Shown here piece after piece: positions 1-7,375 of a stretch of 64,000 nt of DNA. Below the pieces are notes generated by a model. That model was given only the letters and a program-made list of their open reading frames with translations. It did no database searches and had not been told where the DNA came from. The stretch covers positions 1 to 64,000 of the IMG/VR virus record IMGVR_UViG_3300042691_050360; one strand, 5' to 3'. The stretch comes from a virus. The translations under genes were made by a program, and so were the position numbers. How positions within the stretch are numbered: position 1 is the first letter of the stretch; each line of letters starts with the position of its first letter.

Positions 1-180
1 TCTTTTTACTCTCCCTTCACTACTCCATGTGATTTTACCGCTCCATCTAATAGCAGCTTAAACACAGCAAACTTGAATTGCTCGCAAGTGCCGAGCCCTG
101 TGGCTTATGAGCCAATTCAGGCAAAGGATGGTTGCACGGTGGAGGGTGGTTATTCTTCTCAGAAATTCACTTCGATCCAT

Positions 181-408
181 ATGGATATCGAAGATTGTTA
201 CACAATCATCAAACTTGTGTTGAAGGGTGTAGTAGCAAGAGAGAGAACAATTTCGAAAGATTATGTTTTGAAAGATTTCTATGAAAACAAATCTGAAGAT
301 CAGAGGATCTTATCAAGCAGGGAAGAATTAATTCAGCTTGAGTTGAAATTAATTGCTGCTAAAAAGGCAAAACTCACGGCGGAGCTTGCTGAATTAGCAA
401 ATGCCTAA
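181..408 (+). CDS. hypothetical protein with C-terminal coiled coil
   Basis: ORF 73..408 in track; first ATG at 181 is the more likely start; followed by a hairpin. Confidence 0.55.
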   Translation: MDIEDCYTIIKLVLKGVVARERTISKDYVLKDFYENKSEDQRILSSREELIQLELKLIAAKKAKLTAELAELANA

Positions 409-410
409 TA

Positions 411-446
411 AAAATTGGGTGAATCCGGAACAATTCACCCAATTTT
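411..446. terminator. 14-bp inverted repeat (AAAATTGGGTGAAT...ATTCACCCAATTTT), probable intrinsic terminator
   Basis: Perfect inverted repeat 411-424/433-446 directly after the stop at 408, with T-run. Confidence 0.7.
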
Positions 447-461
447 CTCGTATAATATAAT

Positions 462-533
462 TACGGGGTGGAGCAGTGGTAGCTTGCCTGGCTCATAACC
501 AGGAGGTCGAAGGTTCGAGCCCTTCCCCCGTAC
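462..533 (+). tRNA. tRNA-Met(CAT), initiator-like scaffold, no encoded CCA
   Basis: Acceptor TACGGGG/CCCCGTA, D arm GAGC/GCTT, anticodon arm CCTGG-CTCATAA-CCAGG, T arm GAAGG-TTCGAGC-CCTTC. Confidence 0.92.
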
Positions 534-539
534 TTGCTC

Positions 540-616
540 GCTCTGTTCGTCTAGCGGTTCAGGATGTCGCCTTTTCACGGCGAAGATCGCGGGTTCGAAT
601 CCCGCACAGAGTACCA
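540..616 (+). tRNA. tRNA-Glu(TTC) with encoded CCA
   Basis: Acceptor GCTCTGT/ACAGAGT, anticodon arm TCGCC-TTTTCAC-GGCGA, T arm GCGGG-TTCGAAT-CCCGC, ends ACCA. Confidence 0.95.
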
Positions 617-648
617 TTTTTTCAAAGAAATAATTGTATAAAACAATT

Positions 649-1167
649 ATGTATGATTTAGCTTCTAAGGTTTTAATGGTAGATCATGTGGATGGTCTTC
701 TTCCACGATATGAAGTAGATCCCAGCTCGATTTCTCTTATTTTTTACCCACGGCGTCCGTCTCACATCGAAAAACATTTTTACAATCTGGACATATTAGT
801 GCCCACAACAGAAGATGATATTAATTGGGATTATGAATTAATTCAGATGTTAATTCAAAGTGTAGATGAATCTGACACAATCAGAAACATAAGTGCAGAA
901 AGTTTAGACGATCACTTTGCTTGGTTAGATGCAGCTTCTTTTTTTGAAGAAAATGAACTTATTTGCACACAAGTGGTAGTTCATCCATCTCGTGCCGTGG
1001 AAATGCCACTTCTTGATGTACACGAGTCAGAGCTTTGCCCCGAAAACAAAGCTTTTTTCCTACCTCCGCCACAATTCCTGGGTGTTTTAGCCACAAGAAA
1101 CAATAAAACAGAATTTGGAATGAGTATTTTAAATTCAAATTTTGTTGTTTGCTTTAATTTCGAATGA
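649..1167 (+). CDS. hypothetical protein; possible shortened major-capsid-protein paralog
   Basis: ATG 649 preceded by GTATAAA+6 nt; segments KVLMVD..GLLPRYEVD and PENKAFFLPPPQFLG..R..GMSILN recall HK97-fold capsids of large phages (by eye). Confidence 0.4.
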   Translation: MYDLASKVLMVDHVDGLLPRYEVDPSSISLIFYPRRPSHIEKHFYNLDILVPTTEDDINWDYELIQMLIQSVDESDTIRNISAESLDDHFAWLDAASFFEENELICTQVVVHPSRAVEMPLLDVHESELCPENKAFFLPPPQFLGVLATRNNKTEFGMSILNSNFVVCFNFE

Positions 1168-1430
1168 ACGATTCCTCACACGATCTGATACAATCTCTTA
1201 TAATGCTGAAAGAGCTTGTTGAGGAAGAGTTCAAAGATAAGATTCTCATTTGGAAGCTTTATAAAGTGTATGCAGATGCGGTGAGAGATTATTTATCTCA
1301 TGGAGGGGTAAAGATTTCAGATCTTGATTTATTCACACAATCTGAATTTCATGGTTCCCTTATTGACCTAACCGCCTGCACTTCTTATTGTGTTGGGGAG
1401 AAGGGTTTATACCCTTTGATTAGAGCATGA
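1164..1430 (+). CDS. hypothetical protein
   Basis: ATGA overlaps with both neighbours. Confidence 0.7.
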   Translation: MNDSSHDLIQSLIMLKELVEEEFKDKILIWKLYKVYADAVRDYLSHGGVKISDLDLFTQSEFHGSLIDLTACTSYCVGEKGLYPLIRA

Positions 1431-2434
1431 GGTTACATTGGAGTGTTTATAACAGTGGCATGTCTAATCAGATTATGTCTATTCAAGTGGGCATGATTTT
1501 GTCTTTAATTTCAAAGCGAAGATTGGTTTTACATTTAGATCATCCTTTAGCTTTTTCAGATTGTGGTTTATTTGTTAATGATTTGTTTGATATAGATGCA
1601 GATATAGTTTCTGGTTCTATAGTTGATATGGATTTATTCCCTTCTGATTTTGGTGTGTGTTATTACTCATCAGAGAAGCCGAATGATAGTTTCGCTCTTG
1701 GCCGGGAGTGTGTGAATATTTTGGATTACAATTCAAGTGATATTGGTGGTAATTCGCCTAACACATTGGGTTATTATTCATTTAAGATTTTGTTTGATAA
1801 TAAATCAGATTATGTACACAATCTTTCACGCAATCTTCGCCCCAAGGAGAGATATTCAATTTTGGCCCGTGATATTTACAGAGAGATAGGATGCAACAAT
1901 TCGATACATGTGAGAAGGGGAGATTTTTGCAAGATTGATTTTTTTGCTGAGAATTTCACATCATCTTTTGATAAATCTGAAAGCATAATATACAACAATT
2001 TCTATCACTATCCAATTTTAGTTCACACCAATGAAGAAGATGAACAATATTTCACATGTGAAAATCAGATGATATTTATTGATAAGATCATTAAGGAAAG
2101 AAATCCCGAGTTAGATAGTGTGGAGGTGGGTTTAGTGTCTATGCTAATTGCAACAATGTCAGATAATTTCATTGGCAGTTTAGGATCTACATTCACGGGT
2201 TTAATTCATCAGTCAAGAAAGATAAACAATCCTTCTGAGAAATTCAAATATTTATTTTCTGAGAAAACTATTTTAAACAGATTGGGTGAGGAGATTAGAG
2301 TAAATGGTCAATACACTTGGAATCAATTAAAATTAAGACATTGGTCTGATTGTAATTGGCAGCGAGAATTCCCCGAGTGTTATGACACCCACACATCTTT
2401 ATTCAATGCTCAAGAATTATTTGATCTGAGCTGA
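1427..2434 (+). CDS. O-fucosyltransferase-like glycosyltransferase (GT-B; NodZ/POFUT-like)
   Basis: N-terminal GMSNQ, HVRRGDF, and SDNFIGSLGSTFT motifs typical of GDP-fucose transferases. Confidence 0.8.
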   Translation: MRLHWSVYNSGMSNQIMSIQVGMILSLISKRRLVLHLDHPLAFSDCGLFVNDLFDIDADIVSGSIVDMDLFPSDFGVCYYSSEKPNDSFALGRECVNILDYNSSDIGGNSPNTLGYYSFKILFDNKSDYVHNLSRNLRPKERYSILARDIYREIGCNNSIHVRRGDFCKIDFFAENFTSSFDKSESIIYNNFYHYPILVHTNEEDEQYFTCENQMIFIDKIIKERNPELDSVEVGLVSMLIATMSDNFIGSLGSTFTGLIHQSRKINNPSEKFKYLFSEKTILNRLGEEIRVNGQYTWNQLKLRHWSDCNWQREFPECYDTHTSLFNAQELFDLS

Positions 2435-2578
2435 ATGGATATTTTCCATTTTCTTTTCCAGATTGTTTATGAATATATCAGCTTTGCCGATATATTCTGT
2501 TAGATTGTGTTTTTCTTTCTTTTTCGCCAGGTACACTGCGGTTCCAATTAAAACAAGGAACATAATTTTGTATTTCAT
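2417..2578 (-). CDS. small (53 aa) protein with N-terminal hydrophobic anchor
   Basis: Read by hand: MKYKIMFLVLIGTAVYLAKKKEKHNL...; fills the gap and has GTAAAAG+6 nt before the ATG; below the track cutoff. Confidence 0.6.
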   Translation of the reverse strand: MKYKIMFLVLIGTAVYLAKKKEKHNLTEYIGKADIFINNLEKKMENIHSAQIK

Positions 2579-2612
2579 GAGATGCTTTTACAATTTTTTT
2601 CGTATATATTGT

Positions 2613-3230
2613 ATGGCTAAATTAAGATTATATGGAGATATTCATGCTGATGGCAAAGTAATCAACGACATGATTCAATCTTGCCATCTTTTTGATTTAA
2701 CCATTCAGATTGGAGATTATGGTGCCGGCTTCGGAGCCGAGCGTTATCTTGATTCTGCCGATAGTGAAAAACTCAAGGTATTACATGGCAATCATGATAA
2801 TCCTCAGATTTTGAATAAATACCCACATGATCTTGGTAGATTTGGTGTGTATGAATTTGCTGGTAAAAAGATTTTCTTTGTTGCTGGTGCTTGGTCTATC
2901 GACTATGCCCATCGCACCCCAGGACTCAGCTGGTGGGCCGATGAAGAACTTTCATATAAGGAAGCAGAAGATTGTCTTGTGTTATGGGAGCAGGTATGCG
3001 GCGAGATTGATTTAGTAATTTCTCACGATGGCCCTCCAAATTTCACTCAATTAATCAAAGGCATTTTCCCCAAGGAAACTCATACAGGAAGATTGCTTTG
3101 GGAGATGTGGAAGATTCATGAGCCGCCATTATGGAGAATTGGTCATTGGCACAAGTCTTTCTCTAAACAGATTGGCAACACACATTTCAAGTGTTTAGAT
3201 ATCAATCAGCAAGAGGTGCTGGAATGGTAA
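2613..3230 (+). CDS. calcineurin-like metallophosphoesterase
   Basis: GDIH, GDYG, GNHD, SHDGP and GHWH motifs; ATG 2613 is the likely start. Confidence 0.9.
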   Translation: MAKLRLYGDIHADGKVINDMIQSCHLFDLTIQIGDYGAGFGAERYLDSADSEKLKVLHGNHDNPQILNKYPHDLGRFGVYEFAGKKIFFVAGAWSIDYAHRTPGLSWWADEELSYKEAEDCLVLWEQVCGEIDLVISHDGPPNFTQLIKGIFPKETHTGRLLWEMWKIHEPPLWRIGHWHKSFSKQIGNTHFKCLDINQQEVLEW

Positions 3231-5507
3231 TCACTGTTGTTTGAGCCATTCCAGGGCTTGTTCTTTCGTGCTGAATGTCCCCATTCTCTGTGCTCTCCAC
3301 GCTTCATCTAGCATGAGTTTCACAGATGGCCCGGTCAACCCAAGGACATTCATGATATCATTTCCATTAAGTAATCCAGCCACTTTCTTCATTCTTCGAT
3401 CAAGCCATGCAAGGGCAGATTCTCTTGATTGCATATCTGGATCGTGTCTCAAGATTAGGTTTCTGTGTTCTTTAAGGATTTCTCCAACAATCGGCCCACC
3501 TTTATTATCAAGATAGGGCATAATATCTCTGCCTTGTAGAAGATCGGGGTGCTTGCCCTCGTAGACATTGTGTTGTTTTGCCAGATCAGACATCATTCTG
3601 GCTTCTTGTGGCAGTTCTTTATTAAGTGGTGGTCTGCCTGAGTGATCCGCTTCTATTAGAAGCTCAAGCATTCTAATATTTGCTGGATGTATTTTCTCTG
3701 CAAGTGATTTAACAAAGGCTTCTTGTTTTGGTGTATTAGAATGATGAATATGGCTCAGATGGAATTGCACTAGCGGCACCACTTTATCAATGATGTGTTT
3801 TGGGGCTCCTATTGACTGTAGGAAGGCTTTAGCCTTCTTTCCGCCCTTGTCCTCATGCCCATGAGATGTAATCCTGTCTATGCCTTTTTTATTTATTACA
3901 TCGGTAGTTTCTGGTTTAGCAAAGTCGTGTGCCAGGGCGGAATAAATCAACACTTCACGGTCTTCAGGGCTAAGATTCTCTCTTGTGGCAATATTTGCCG
4001 CTTCGTTCATTACATAGGCTGTATGAGTGGCAACATCACCTAGCTCAACAAGGAGATATATGTGCTTATCAGCAATACCATTGTTATGAGTATCAACATC
4101 ACCTATACCACGAAGATAGAAGTAAAAGATTACGTTATTATCAACGATAGAGAATTTAGGGTCAATTACGCCGGGGGATATGCTAAGATTTCCGTACCCG
4201 GAAGAACCCCTGGGAGCATTTTCTTGCATAGATACATCATGGAGATTCATTTGGGAAGAATCTTGAGCACTAGCGAGCATGTTCATCACATAGACGGCGA
4301 CAGACTTAATAATTCCTTGGATAATTTGGTTGTTCTCGATGGCAGAGCCCATAATTCTGAGCACACTAGGCTTAGGAATCTTAAACATGATCCCAATAAT
4401 TTTGTCTGCTTGTTGTGCGGAGGTTCTAATTTGCCGCACAAAGCTTTTGGATGGTGTGATAAATGCTGGAGGAAAAACCAATGGAGAAAACATAAGGTCA
4501 CTAATCCCTGCACTCTTTGTGGACACCAAATTAATAAAAACAGCCCCAGGCTTGACAGGAAATTGTGTGTGAGCTGTAACATCTCTAGATTTACCGCTTG
4601 CAGGGTTTGCTCCAGAGTTAAGGAGAAGCTCCCTGGACAAAAGATCAATGGGCTTGGATATTGCCACGCCTGCAGTGAAAGAATCAGGAGGCACAATTCT
4701 AACTGACCAGCCTTCGGGATGCCACTCCGAATCCTGAGGAGTATTTTTCAGATCGTGTATTTCAGGGAAGTTTTCAGACCATCCTGTGGTGTAGAGAAAG
4801 TCTAGTGCCTTTCCTGGTTCAATTCCTTTTGTCACGAGTTTTTTAAATTCTTCATACACTCTTTCCTTTGGAAGGTGTTGATATTCTGTTCTTATAGATT
4901 GTGCTAGTTCTGCGGTTTCTGGAGCTAAACTTAAACCAAACCTAGAACCCAAAGATAAAAGTCTAAGCACTCTAAGTGGGTCTTCAGAGAAGGCACTAGA
5001 TGTATGCTTTAATGTTTTATTTTTAATATCTTCAACGCCGTTATAATTATCGATTAAATTATTTGTCAAAGGGTCATATAAAATAGAATTAATAGTTACG
5101 TCTCTTCTACTTGCAGCATCTTTTTCTGAAAGATTTGGATTTGATTTTACAGCAAAATCTTGGTGTTTTTGTCCAGATTTAGATTCAGTTCTGGGTAAAG
5201 AAAAATCATAATCTTCTCCGTCAGCATTTAATTTTATAACACCAAAAGATTTCCCCACCTCAGAAACATCTCCAAATTTTGATAAAATTTCAATAAGTTT
5301 TTCATAAGTCAATCTGAAAACCTCAACATCATAGTCTTTGGGCTTAAAATTTGTTTTATGAATTTGATTGAATAATGAATCTCTAACAATTCCGCCGACT
5401 AAATATCCAGTGCCATTTTGTTTTTGTATTTCTGAAAGTATTTTTTGTAAAACTTCTGGAATCGGTATGTTTAAGCTATTTGATTTCTGAGCAAAATTAT
5501 ACCACAT
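3231..5507 (-). CDS. cca: CCA-adding tRNA nucleotidyltransferase with HD domain, interrupted by a 224-codon in-frame insertion
   Basis: GGIVRD, DYDV, RRDVTINS and FSEDPLRVLR motifs; HD region WHPEG//DVATHT...AHDFAKP; foreign sequence between HPEG and DVATH. Confidence 0.9.
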   Translation of the reverse strand: MWYNFAQKSNSLNIPIPEVLQKILSEIQKQNGTGYLVGGIVRDSLFNQIHKTNFKPKDYDVEVFRLTYEKLIEILSKFGDVSEVGKSFGVIKLNADGEDYDFSLPRTESKSGQKHQDFAVKSNPNLSEKDAASRRDVTINSILYDPLTNNLIDNYNGVEDIKNKTLKHTSSAFSEDPLRVLRLLSLGSRFGLSLAPETAELAQSIRTEYQHLPKERVYEEFKKLVTKGIEPGKALDFLYTTGWSENFPEIHDLKNTPQDSEWHPEGWSVRIVPPDSFTAGVAISKPIDLLSRELLLNSGANPASGKSRDVTAHTQFPVKPGAVFINLVSTKSAGISDLMFSPLVFPPAFITPSKSFVRQIRTSAQQADKIIGIMFKIPKPSVLRIMGSAIENNQIIQGIIKSVAVYVMNMLASAQDSSQMNLHDVSMQENAPRGSSGYGNLSISPGVIDPKFSIVDNNVIFYFYLRGIGDVDTHNNGIADKHIYLLVELGDVATHTAYVMNEAANIATRENLSPEDREVLIYSALAHDFAKPETTDVINKKGIDRITSHGHEDKGGKKAKAFLQSIGAPKHIIDKVVPLVQFHLSHIHHSNTPKQEAFVKSLAEKIHPANIRMLELLIEADHSGRPPLNKELPQEARMMSDLAKQHNVYEGKHPDLLQGRDIMPYLDNKGGPIVGEILKEHRNLILRHDPDMQSRESALAWLDRRMKKVAGLLNGNDIMNVLGLTGPSVKLMLDEAWRAQRMGTFSTKEQALEWLKQQ
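4038..4709 (+). mobile_element. 672-nt insertion in cca carrying an antisense HNH endonuclease gene
   Basis: Removing it restores the conserved WHPEGDVxTHT; almost entirely occupied by the + strand HNH ORF. Confidence 0.85.
4062..4706 (+). CDS. HNH homing endonuclease with C-terminal CxxC repeats
   Basis: LHRYIMEIHLGR..EHVHHIDGDRLNNSLDNL..H HNH motif; six CxxC pairs; AAGGAG at 4050-4055 (GTG 4062, alternative ATG 4086). Confidence 0.9.
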   Translation: MLISNTIVMSINITYTTKIEVKDYVIINDREFRVNYAGGYAKISVPGRTPGSIFLHRYIMEIHLGRILSTSEHVHHIDGDRLNNSLDNLVVLDGRAHNSEHTRLRNLKHDPNNFVCLLCGGSNLPHKAFGWCDKCWRKNQWRKHKVTNPCTLCGHQINKNSPRLDRKLCVSCNISRFTACRVCSRVKEKLPGQKINGLGYCHACSERIRRHNSN

Positions 5508-5549
5508 ATTATATAAATACGATATTATTAAAAAAAATCCTTATATTAC

Positions 5550-5583
5550 AGGTACCATTAAGGGCACTTCGTAAATATAATTA
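5550..5583 (+). promoter_or_regulatory. example of sigmaH-like leaderless promoter (AGG 34 nt upstream of start); divergent twin at 5508-5541 on minus strand drives cca
   Basis: Same geometry at 11 genes, see findings. Confidence 0.7.
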
Positions 5584-6678
5584 GTGAAGCAATTTAATTT
5601 CAAAGAAAGAGCTATATTAATTCATGGAGAAAAATACAATTATGACAAAGTTGACTACAAAGACACCATAACTCATATAGAAATCATATGCCCTATTCAT
5701 GGCTCGTTTTTACAAAAACCAAAAAGACATATTAAAGGTAGTGGTTGTCCAAAATGTGGTGGAACTAATAAACTAACACAATCTGACTTTATTGAAAGAT
5801 CTCAAAAAATTCATAAAAATAAATATGATTATAGTCTTTCTGTTTATGAAAATTATGAACATAAAGTTATCATCATTTGCCCGACGCACGGTGAATTTAC
5901 GCAGTCGCCACACATGCATCTTTCTGGACAGGGTTGCCCAAGGTGTGGCGGAACTAATAAACTAACACAGTCTGAATTTATTGAAAGATCTCAAAAAATT
6001 CATAACGATAAATATGATTATAGTCTTTCTGTTTATAAAAATTATGAAGAAAAAGTAATAATTGTTTGCAAAATGCATGGACAGTTTTTACAAACCCCGC
6101 ATATGCACCTATATGGAAATGGATGCCCCGCCTGCCGTGAAAATATTAAAAGAAGTTTAGAAGATTTTATTAAAATATCAAACAATGTGCACAATTTTAA
6201 ATACAATTATGACAAAACAATATATATAAATGACAGAACGGAGGTTATAATAACTTGCCCCAAGCATGGTGACTTTAATTCAGCTCCAAATAATCATATT
6301 TTTGGGGCAACAGGTTGCTATAAATGTAAATCTTCCAAGGGCGAAGAGCTCATTAGAAGATATTTAACTGAACAAAACATTCAGTTCGAAGAACAGAAAA
6401 GATTTTCTGACTGTGTAAATAAAAGATGTCTCCCGTTTGATTTTTTTATCCCTTGTAAAAATATTTTAATAGAATTTCAGGGCTACCAACATTTTAATGT
6501 AGTAAAAAGGTCAAAAACAATGGACGATAATGTATTAAAATTAAATCTTGAAAAAATACAACAAAATGACAAAATTAAAAAAGAGTGGTGTAAAAATAAC
6601 AATATTAAATTAATAGAAATAAGCTATTTAGAAAAAAAAGATATTAATGAAATATTGAAAAATCACTTGTTGGCTTAA
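5584..6678 (+). CDS. putative homing endonuclease: DUF723-type CxxHG repeats plus C-terminal PD-(D/E)xK (Vsr-like) domain
   Basis: Four CxxHG...GCxxC repeats; LPFDFFIP..LIEFQGYQH..DKIK nuclease motif. Confidence 0.85.
   Translation: MKQFNFKERAILIHGEKYNYDKVDYKDTITHIEIICPIHGSFLQKPKRHIKGSGCPKCGGTNKLTQSDFIERSQKIHKNKYDYSLSVYENYEHKVIIICPTHGEFTQSPHMHLSGQGCPRCGGTNKLTQSEFIERSQKIHNDKYDYSLSVYKNYEEKVIIVCKMHGQFLQTPHMHLYGNGCPACRENIKRSLEDFIKISNNVHNFKYNYDKTIYINDRTEVIITCPKHGDFNSAPNNHIFGATGCYKCKSSKGEELIRRYLTEQNIQFEEQKRFSDCVNKRCLPFDFFIPCKNILIEFQGYQHFNVVKRSKTMDDNVLKLNLEKIQQNDKIKKEWCKNNNIKLIEISYLEKKDINEILKNHLLA
5743..6048 (+). repeat. near-identical ~115-nt direct repeat with 189-nt period inside the DUF723 endonuclease
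   Basis: GGAACTAATAAACTAACACA...GATTATAGTCTTTCTGTTTAT at 5761 and 5950. Confidence 0.9.
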
Positions 6679-6740
6679 CCACACAATCTTATATTAGCTG
6701 AATTTCAGATGAAAACCTATGGAAATAAGCGGGCGAAATT

Positions 6741-7328
6741 TCAATTTCTTATATTTTTAACCACTTGTTTCCAATCCATTATGCTCAAGATTGCGTCTAT
6801 ATATCCTTCACGATCTGTGCCAAAATCTGCAAAATAGGCATGCTCGTACATATCTATAGCTCCAATGAGTTCACAGTTCCACATAGGGAAAGTATTCTGT
6901 GTATCTCCAATCACATTAATAATCATCTCGTGATCGTAGCAATATCCGATGAATGCCCATCCTCTGGCTGAAAGAGCAGTGGCTTTCAGATCGTTGATAT
7001 AGTTTGAGAATGTGCCATAATCTTCTTTAATCAGGGCAAGAAATTCTTTAGTTGGTTTGCCATCTCCATTGAGATGATTAAAAAACACTTTATGGTTTAA
7101 GAATCCTCCATATGAAAATGATTCAGCCATTTTTTGGCTTCGAACATCTGAGAACGTGGAATTTACATCTTTAAGGTTCTTTCTTTGATCGAGTGCTTCC
7201 ACAGCTTTGTTATTATTTTTAGCATATCCTTGCCAAAGCTTAAGATGTTCTTCGTTGGTTTTCTTAGAAACGCCAATTTTATTCAGTTTATTAACTGGAA
7301 GTTCTTTGGGAATTTCTAATTTTACCAC
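6741..7328 (-). CDS. Fe/Mn superoxide dismutase family protein
   Basis: EEHLKL..GY, NHKVFFNHL and DMYEHAYFAD metal-ligand motifs. Confidence 0.9.
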   Translation of the reverse strand: MVKLEIPKELPVNKLNKIGVSKKTNEEHLKLWQGYAKNNNKAVEALDQRKNLKDVNSTFSDVRSQKMAESFSYGGFLNHKVFFNHLNGDGKPTKEFLALIKEDYGTFSNYINDLKATALSARGWAFIGYCYDHEMIINVIGDTQNTFPMWNCELIGAIDMYEHAYFADFGTDREGYIDAILSIMDWKQVVKNIRN

Positions 7329-7375
7329 AATCTGTATTTAGAGGTAGAGTGGATGAATTCCTTTAATTAGATTAT

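Noticed and set aside
435-661. ORFs 435..617(-) and 476..661(+)
   Set aside because: They overlap the two tRNA genes
2463-2612. N-terminal extension of the metallophosphoesterase in the ORF track
   Set aside because: Region is better explained by the minus-strand 53-aa ORF and divergent promoters; the first catalytic motif follows ATG 2613
4038-4709. Intein, group I intron or bulge-helix-bulge intron explanation for the cca insert
   Set aside because: No Cys/Ser start, His-Asn end or +1 nucleophile; the HNH ORF leaves under 30 nt for a ribozyme; cutting at the apparent 3-nt bulges would put the product out of frame
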